From: Octopus vulgaris | Taxonomy: Eukaryota | Length of the DNA stretch: 64,000 nucleotides | Direction of reading: 5' to 3' | Assembly (NCBI GenBank): GCA_951406725.2 | Contig: OX597820.1 | Span: forward strand, 82,894,001 to 82,958,000 | Shown here: in pieces, positions 55,636 to 64,000 of the stretch | Layout of the letters: every line of letters starts with the position of its first letter | How positions within the stretch are numbered: position 1 is the stretch's first letter | Translations under genes and position numbers: made by a program | Notes under the pieces: generated by a model | What the model saw: only the letters and a program-made list of their open reading frames with translations | What the model was told of the DNA's origin: nothing | Databases searched by the model: none

Positions 55636-56200
55636 CCTACGCAAAGTTGCAGAAAGTGTATGGAGAGGAGTGTTTGAGACACACACAAGTGTACGAGTTG
55701 TTCACAAGTTTCCAAGATGGCCCCAAAAATGTCGATAGAGACGAATGTCCTCGGAGACCAGCAGCCAGCAGAACTGAGAAAACATTGCGTGCAGATGTGC
55801 GTGCAGCTGTGAGGAGAAATCGCTGAATCACCATCCGTGAGTTATCAGAGGATGTGTTGATTAGTTACGGTTCAGTTCAGTCCATTATCACTGAAGATTT
55901 AGGTATGAGACGCGTGTCCGCCAAGTTTGTGCCAAAACAGCTTTCAGCTGACCAGATAGACACGCGGGTTTCAGTTGCACAAAATCTCCTTGATGTATCT
56001 AGAACGATGAAAACTTTCTGAAAGCTCTGCGTGGGCCTCTGAGTAAGTACCACCAAATCTTTGGCAAATTTTGATGCAGATTGTCTGCTCAACTTTCTCT
56101 GTCATTTTTAATGCGACGATCACAAGCTATACACTTTCATTCCAAGTACTGCTATAAACAGCAGAGTGAAATAAGACGCTGAAACTTGGTGTGCATAGAC
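55636..56200. mobile_element. Mariner-family remnant with internal inversion
   Basis: Minus strand 56025-56110 encodes MTEKVEQTICIKICQRFGGTYSEAHA. The continuation YAKLQKVYGEECL...LGMRRVSAKFVPK...ENFLK lies on the plus strand at 55637-56024. Confidence 0.8.
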
Positions 56201-56224
56201 AAAGATACACACGAACACATGAGT

Positions 56225-56378
56225 GGCTTCTTTCAGTTTCCGTCTACCAAAACTACACACACGGATTTGGTCGGTCCGAGGCTATAGTAGAAGACACTTA
56301 CTCAAGTTACCACGCAATGGGACTGATCCCAGAACCATGTGGTGGGGAATGAAGCTTCTTACTACACAGGCGCCTGCA
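56225..56378 (-). mobile_element. SINE family A, 5' half
   Basis: Reverse complement of the family A head. Confidence 0.75.
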
Positions 56379-56417
56379 CTTATATACATATAATACATAC
56401 ACACACACACGCACATA

Positions 56418-56460
<43 letters not shown>

Positions 56461-56658
56461 TCGTCAGTTGTTTACTTTTTATGTTGTTTGTTCGTTAGAA
56501 GCCCTAACCCGCCAGAAATTTTATAATTTTAACTTTTCTGGATGCTGCTTTCCTATGAAGTTTTCCTCTCTTGTTAAAAACGCGAAAATGAGAGTAATAT
56601 CACATACGTATATATATAATATATATATATATATAGAGAGAGAAAGAGAGATAGAGAA

Positions 56659-56741
<83 letters not shown>

Positions 56742-56859
56742 TATGCTTATACATTCATACAAGTATACATACAGACACACAACCATGCTCAAGCACATTC
56801 ATACATGAACTTATTTGCTATACATGTTGTGTCTATGTGTGTGTGTGTGTGCATGTCAC

Positions 56860-57200
56860 ATACTGTGACTGAATTTAGACGTTTCATCCACCTTCTAAGG
56901 AAATCTCCAAGCGACTTGGCCTCGGGTAATTTTAGTGTCACTGATGCAATTTTTTGTGCTGAAACAGAATTATTTCGAAGACAAGGTTTGTAAGCTACAT
57001 TTTGTCCTCGGACGTGCTCTCCTACCACCAGTTGCCTACGCCGAGTTATCTTCGTTCAGAGTTTTGTACAACCGAAGGATAATCTCCATTCCGAATCGAT
57101 ATACTCAGTTTATCCAGTAAATTCTCTGCATTTGATTCCACTATCCAACGGAATTTCACGCTTTATTTTGTAAGTTGCACTGGACTTACCGCTTTTGTGA
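56860..57200 (-). mobile_element. Possible Tx1-type LINE 3' remnant
   Basis: Degenerate SLGDFLRRW terminal motif before a CA-rich tail. Weak similarity only. Confidence 0.3.
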
Positions 57201-57636
57201 AATTTCCTTGCTGAAAATATATATGTGTAAACTTACTGTTGACAAAGGCTGCGTGGCGTTCAATTATTAAAGAAATGAAAAATACACATTAAGAACAGAA
57301 CATCAGCAACGAGTGAAAAATACGTAAGTATCCATAACATAGACACGTGCCACGCCATCAATACATCTAAAGCAAACTCATCAACAGAATTTCAAGTACA
57401 ACACACATTTTCATAGTGGTTAGTACTACCACGTATATGCACGACAGACAGCAAGGATGCGGTGAAAGCCGAATATCTGAGCTTATGGAACGCAGAAACA
57501 CTATTTATATATCACCTGATTAAACACAAGATCTCACATAACCCGCGAAATTGGGAGAACTACGTTCCTTGGAAACAATTGAAGTGACTACAAATAAATG
57601 TTCCTCTGTATTCCTTCTGTTGACTCCAGATTATTC

Positions 57637-57702
<66 letters not shown>

Positions 57703-57719
57703 GTATATCTATCTATCTA

Positions 57720-57773
<54 letters not shown>

Positions 57774-58286
57774 CACACGCACATACAAATACATAAATAT
57801 GTATATACCTATGAATATAGACATACATATATACATAAATCCACACGTACATACACACATGTACAGAGGGAAAAGAGAGAGGAGACACATAAAGAGCTAG
57901 AAAGCATACATACGTATGTACATACAAGCATACGTATGCGCATACATAAATAGTTAGATACATACGTAAATAGATAGGGATATAAGAATTAAAAATATGA
58001 CAACCTTTGATATTAGTGTATTTCCTGATATTTAGTATTGTAAATGGAAGAGAAAAACCGAGTTAGATATATAAAATCTATAGGATATATAACTGAAGGG
58101 AGAGCAAGGAGTAAAAGACGTACATAAGAGAAGAGTGGGGGAAGAGAGTGAATGGGTATATTATCAAGAGGCTTTCGACAGAGAAGAGGCGATATACATA
58201 CATGCTTATATATACACATTTATATATATAAATTTATATATACATACACAAATACACATGCATATGTGTGCATATATATATATATT

Positions 58287-58354
<68 letters not shown>

Positions 58355-58427
58355 CATATATATATCCATGTATATATATGTATATATATATATATATATA
58401 TATGCATGTATGTATTGTATGTATGTG

Positions 58428-58476
<49 letters not shown>

Positions 58477-59719
58477 GTATGTATGTATGTATGTATTTAT
58501 AAACCTGTTGTTAGAGAGACGCTGGTATGTGACATAGGTGTCACAGAAAAAAGTTATATATGGGAATGAGTAATTAGAGAAACTAAAGAAATAAAGAGAA
58601 AACAAGCTCACACCCAGAGAAATATATTCGCCCATAAGACACACATTCACATATATACAGAGTGTAATAGCACGATGTATGAGACGACGGATAATATAAT
58701 AACAGAAAAACAGAATAAGAAAAGTGTTATGAACAAAAATAGAGATCGGATACACCATTAATTTTACGAGATGACTTGTGATTCAGTTTTGTGAGCCAAT
58801 GTAAAAAAAAAAAAAAAGAATCCGAAACCACGATGAGAAAATAAAATAAAAATATATAAAGCACGATTTCCTAATGTTAAATGAATATGTGTGTGAGTGT
58901 GTGTCTGAGTGTGTGTGTCTGTATGTGTATGCGCACATATATGAATGTATGTGTATACATATATATATATATATATATATAGCTGAAATCAAGTCCTAGA
59001 AGAGAGAGAAATAACCACCACTCTAACAACTAGCAAACATATAGAAAATCGATACTGACATCTACAATTCAAGTTTAGAAAACATGACCCTGTTACTTCA
59101 CTAAGGCAATGCTGGTGAAACCTCTTAGGTGGATGCTTGAACACACATATATACACATAAATATGTGTCTGTATATATATGTGCGCGTCTGCATATACAC
59201 AAACATATTTATATGTGTGTGTGTGTATGTGTTTGTGTGTGTGTGCGTTAGGAATAGTGTATGTATATGTGTAAAGTAAATAGACTTCTTGTTTAAAAAA
59301 ATTGTATGCCGTGAGGTGAAAATTTTCCGACGGTTCAGAAGAAAATTATATTTTGCGTCTTTAGTCAATAACAGTGTGGAAATAGTGAATTTTTTTTTCT
59401 CTTGAAGTGTGTGGGAGGTTTGTAGTAGGCAAGGAAGTGGAAGATAATATCGTAATGGACTGAGGTTGGTGGTCGAAAATGTATATAAAATAAATGTAAA
59501 AGGTTCGATTATTGATCATTAAAGTAAGTGAAGGATGTTTGGTTTGAGTTAGTCAGAATTCAGAGGGTTCGTAAACAACTTTTGCATATTCATAGTTCTA
59601 CATATACATACGGATATTTGAAAGAATGTAAGCGCATTGATTCTGTATTACGACCTACACACACACACACACATATATATATACACACTCGTGTGTGTGT
59701 ATATATATATTAACATATC

Positions 59720-60035
59720 TTGTACTTGCTTCAGCCAAGGACGTTATAATCGAACAAATCGATTAGTCTTTTATTATGCTTAGAACTTATTCTATCGGTC
59801 ACTTTCACCTAACCACTAAGTTAAAGAAACATAAATACACCAACTCCGATTGTAAAGTGATGCGAGACAAACACAGACACAGAAGCGCGCGCGCACACAC
59901 ACACACATATACAACGGGTTTGCTTCAGTTTCTGCCTACAAAATCTACTCACAAGACTTTACTCGATCTGTGGAGATGGTAGAAGACAACTATTCAAGGT
60001 GTCACGCAGAGGGACTGAACCCGAACCCATGTGTT
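59720..60035 (-). mobile_element. SINE family A, diverged
   Basis: Reverse complement similarity to family A. Confidence 0.7.
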
Positions 60036-61069
60036 GTCAGTCTGTGGTATGTATGCATGTATGTATGAATGTATATATATATATAGGGAGACGTGGATAT
60101 ATACATGTATGTATGTTTCTTTATAAAGGGTTTCTATTTCTTTTTATTATTAATAGAATCCACACTGCTGTTGCTGTCAGAGATACATTTTCCGCCATTC
60201 TCTACTTATTTTCCGTCTTTCATCTGGCCCCCACATTCTTCAGTCTGTTCTCCCCACTTCTGTGTTACTTCTGTTGACTGCCATGGCACAGTAGATTGGC
60301 CTTTCAACAGCCTTACTTATTCATCTAGTCACCGGTCAGTTTGTGTAGCGGCACTCTCTGAACACGTATAAAAGATAGTAACATTTATTGGACAATACGT
60401 ATCATCTCATATTGCTAATGAATTTTGACAAAAGTATTTAAAAACACACTCTCTCTCTCTCTCTCTCGCACACACACACACACACAATCGTGGTAAGTTT
60501 GCTTCTCAACCACATGTTTCCCGTTTCACTCCTACTGAAACAATTGTGAGTGGATTTGGTAGCCTTGTGATTAGATTTGTTACAGAGAAACTAAAAGAAG
60601 CCCGTAGCATATATATATATACATACATACGTACATATAATTTTTAAAAAATGGAGAATACATAGAGTAGTCAATTTACTGTCATATCGCCAGTCAAATT
60701 ACTAAGTTTATTCATATTGACTGGACTATAAACTTATTGATTTCACTGGACTGTGATAATAAATTGATTACCATGTGTATGTATTCTCCGTTTGAATATT
60801 TGAATTTTTAGACTTTTTTCTCCGATATCGAAAATGATGGAAATATCCATAGCGACAACTGGAATTTCAGAGGTGTAATGTACTAATATTGAAGAGGAAC
60901 CAATAACAAACACTAATACTTAAACACGTGAAAATTTTAATCGATATTAATGCAAAACTGGTGTATGCTTGGATATGTCCATAAGAAAGAACAACTTATT
61001 TATTTATAGAGTTATATATATATAAAAGCGATGAGGACCGAAATCCTTCAATTTTTCCTTTCCTTATGC

Positions 61070-61111
<42 letters not shown>

Positions 61112-61159
61112 GTATACATACATAAATACAAACATACATATAAAGGTATATATATATAT

Positions 61160-61233
<74 letters not shown>

Positions 61234-61248
61234 TTTTAATTATGTACA

Positions 61249-61306
61249 ATCCTACTGATGAGGTAGAGTATATTTTTATAGAGAGCCAGAAATCCGGATC
61301 TCGGAT
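61249..61306 (+). ncRNA. Type I hammerhead ribozyme
   Basis: ATCCTA-CTGATGA-GGT...GCC-A-GAAA-TCCGGA-TC-TCGGAT. Canonical core, palindromic helix III, next to (TA)n. Confidence 0.7.
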
Positions 61307-61693
61307 CATCCAATAAGTTTTTTGCTAGTTCATTTGTCTATTTGTTTTGACTGCTATCTTTAGCATGGTGGTATCTTTTAATAATAATTATTACCTATAA
61401 GGTTTTTATTCCCATACTGGCCAGTTGATATGATCGGTATTTTTAATAATGATTTTATACTTATATATATATATATAGAAAAAATTATATATATCTGTTA
61501 TTATTAGAGTCAAACCTATGCACCTGCTTTTCGATTCCTCACCTGTCTTTGTCTTTTGTTTCTTGTAAATTTGAATTTCATATATACATGCATATATACA
61601 CACATATGTGCATACATATATACATATATATATATATTGTTATATTTTGGAATGGTCATATATATATATATGAGTGTATGTGTGTGTGTGTGT

Positions 61694-61730
<37 letters not shown>

Positions 61731-62018
61731 GTCTGCGTCTGTGTCTGTGTTGCAGCGGAAATTAGCAGATCTAGTGTCAGAATCCTCGAAGCGGCCTTGG
61801 GGCGGTTACTTCCCCTGTCGGCATGTTTGCATAAGTTATGCACTGTTCCTACAGCATTCAGAGTATTTTAATTCTTATTTCTAGCAATGTAGGTGCTCCG
61901 GCATCCTAAGTCACACTTGAAAAAATAATAAGTTCTGAGGTCAATTTGTTCAACTAAAATTCTTCAAGCTGATGTCTCAGCATAATCGCAGTCTAGTAGG
62001 TGAAACAAGCAGAAGATA

Positions 62019-62051
<33 letters not shown>

Positions 62052-62060
62052 TATAAATTA

Positions 62061-62400
62061 ATAATAAAATAATAGGGAATAAATCCAAACTTACAGGGAA
62101 AAATCAGATTTAAGATTGAATCCAATTTTATAGTAAAATATTATATTATATTAAATTAGAGATAAAACCACTATTAGGCAAATAATACAATGAAAAACTT
62201 AAGCCAATACATAAGATTAATTAATTCATATTATTTTAAATATATATCAAAATTATTAAAAAAAGATAACGATCGTAGTGTTATACTCATCTTTTTTTAA
62301 TAATTTTGATATATATTTAAAATAATATAAATTAATTAATCTTATGTATTGGCTTAAGTTTTTCATTGTATGATTTGCCTAATAGTGGTTTTATCTCTAA

Positions 62401-62409
<9 letters not shown>
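62061..62409. repeat. Fold-back of hammerhead-family tail (~120-bp arms)
   Basis: 62147-62267 is the reverse complement of 62289-62409. The tail is homologous to 11985-12135. Confidence 0.9.
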
Positions 62410-62469
<60 letters not shown>

Positions 62470-62470
62470 C

Positions 62471-62502
<32 letters not shown>

Positions 62503-62768
62503 ATATAATGTCTATATTTATATATAGATATATATTTTTATTAATATTTAAAAGAAGCAACAGAATGAATATCTTCAATCCTCGTCGCTTTCTAGTTGCA
62601 TGTATATATATATGTATATTTTATATATCTAACCCAAGAGGATTTATTTCTTTATATGCATCATTATGTTTCTCTCCTTCTCCTCCCTTTGTTTGTATGT
62701 ATGCCTGTCTGTCTTTCCCCCGTGCTCTCCTCACTACTCGTTCTCCCCCTCTCTCTCGCTATATATAT

Positions 62769-62820
<52 letters not shown>

Positions 62821-62914
62821 GGAAGTTTTATGAAAATAAACAAAAGACGAAGGCAGGTGGAATACAAACAAACAATTGTATTAGTATGGCACTCAGGAAT
62901 ATAAATAAAACAAG

Positions 62915-62952
62915 TCTTTTACGTTTCGAGCCTACGCTCTTCAACAGAAAGA
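62915..62952 (-). ncRNA. Minimal type I hammerhead, A6U variant
   Basis: TCTTT-CTGTTGA-A-GAGC GTAG GCTC-GAAA-CG-TA-AAAGA. Perfect helices I and II. Confidence 0.7.
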
Positions 62953-63054
62953 TACACAGAAAAGAAACACGGAAAGAAACAAGGAGAGAAAAAAAAAATG
63001 AGTGCGTGTGTGTGTGTGTATGTGTGTGTGTGTATACTCACCTTTAGTTATTTT

Positions 63055-63715
63055 TTACTTGTGTCAGTCATTCAACTGCAGCCATGCTCAGGCACCACCT
63101 TGAGTCCTTAGTTGAATGTATCGATCTAAGGAATAATTTTCTTAGAGCCTGGTATTTATTCCATTGTCTCTTATGCCGAGCCGCTAGGTTAGGATCCGTT
63201 GCCAAGCGGTGAGGTGGGGACACCACAGACACAAAGACACACACACATACATACACATACACACAGACACACAGACACACATATACATACATACATACAT
63301 ACATGCAGTAATACCTCTACTATCGTGGGTGTTACGTTCGAAACCCCCTGCAATAGGTGAAAACTCGCGAAGTAGAAACAATACTCTACAGTATATTTCT
63401 AAAATTATTTTTATAATTACTATATATTTATTTTATTATAAATACAAAACACCACCACAGAGTAATCAACGTAAGCTTAAATAATAAACCGCAATAGGTG
63501 AACCGCGATATGGTGAGGGATTATATATATATATATACATGTACACAATGTTTTATTACTATATGCACACACACGATGGGTCCCTTTCAGATTCCATCTA
63601 CCCTTTCTACTCATAAGACTATGGTGGGGCCGAGGCTATAGCAGAGGTTTCTTGCACGAGTGGGGCTAAACTAGAATCCATATGGTTGGGAAGCAAGCTT
63701 CTTACCAAACAGTTA
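63055..63715 (-). mobile_element. SINE family A interrupted by a MITE
   Basis: 3' half at 63055-63245 and 5' half at 63575-63715. Confidence 0.75.
63306..63523. mobile_element. Tigger/pogo-like MITE
   Basis: CAGTAATACCTC...GAGGGATTA termini, with subterminal repeats CCGCAATAGGTGAA. Confidence 0.65.
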
Positions 63716-64000
63716 ATGAATGAATATTATGGGGACAAGAATTTCGTTCAAGCTGTCAATAGATTAATTGTAGACGTCAACAAATCGAGAATCTACAACA
63801 AACTGTATTCGAGGAAAAGATAGACAGAAATTGTTTCACCCACTTCTAAATCTTATTAGCATTATATATGAATGAACTCGCATGTGTGCACACAAAACAT
63901 ACGCCTACATTGATATATACTTGGAAGCAGGCACTACATGGACATAAAAAAGAGAAATCATTTGTGTGTGTGTGTGTGAATTTCTGTCTATGTGTGTGTG

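Noticed and set aside
61027-61050. GCGATGA-GGACC-GAAA-TCCT-TC
   Set aside because: No helix I or III pairing.

Overview
AT-rich, microsatellite-saturated eukaryotic DNA. The repeat repertoire suggests an octopus or other cephalopod genome, which is an inference from recognising the repeats. I found no convincing host gene, and most ORF-track entries are translations of (TA)n, (TG)n or (GATA)n. The window is a transposon landscape: a near-intact IR-DR Tc1 (DD34E), several mariner and maT remnants, a Chapaev3-like remnant, Helitron-type, hAT and Tigger non-autonomous elements, CR1- and Tx1-type LINE fragments, at least three tRNA-derived SINE families, and Penelope-like elements (PLEs), one of them with an uninterrupted 776-codon RT+GIY-YIG frame. 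The main non-obvious signal is more than a dozen type I hammerhead ribozyme (HHR) motifs, read by eye, most in short elements embedded in (TA)n. They have family-specific palindromic helix III and recurrent core variants (U4C, A6U). Several form fold-back insertions whose junction lies at or near the ribozyme. One sits in a ~210-nt multi-hairpin element present twice with compensatory base changes. Coordinates of degenerate repeats are approximate.
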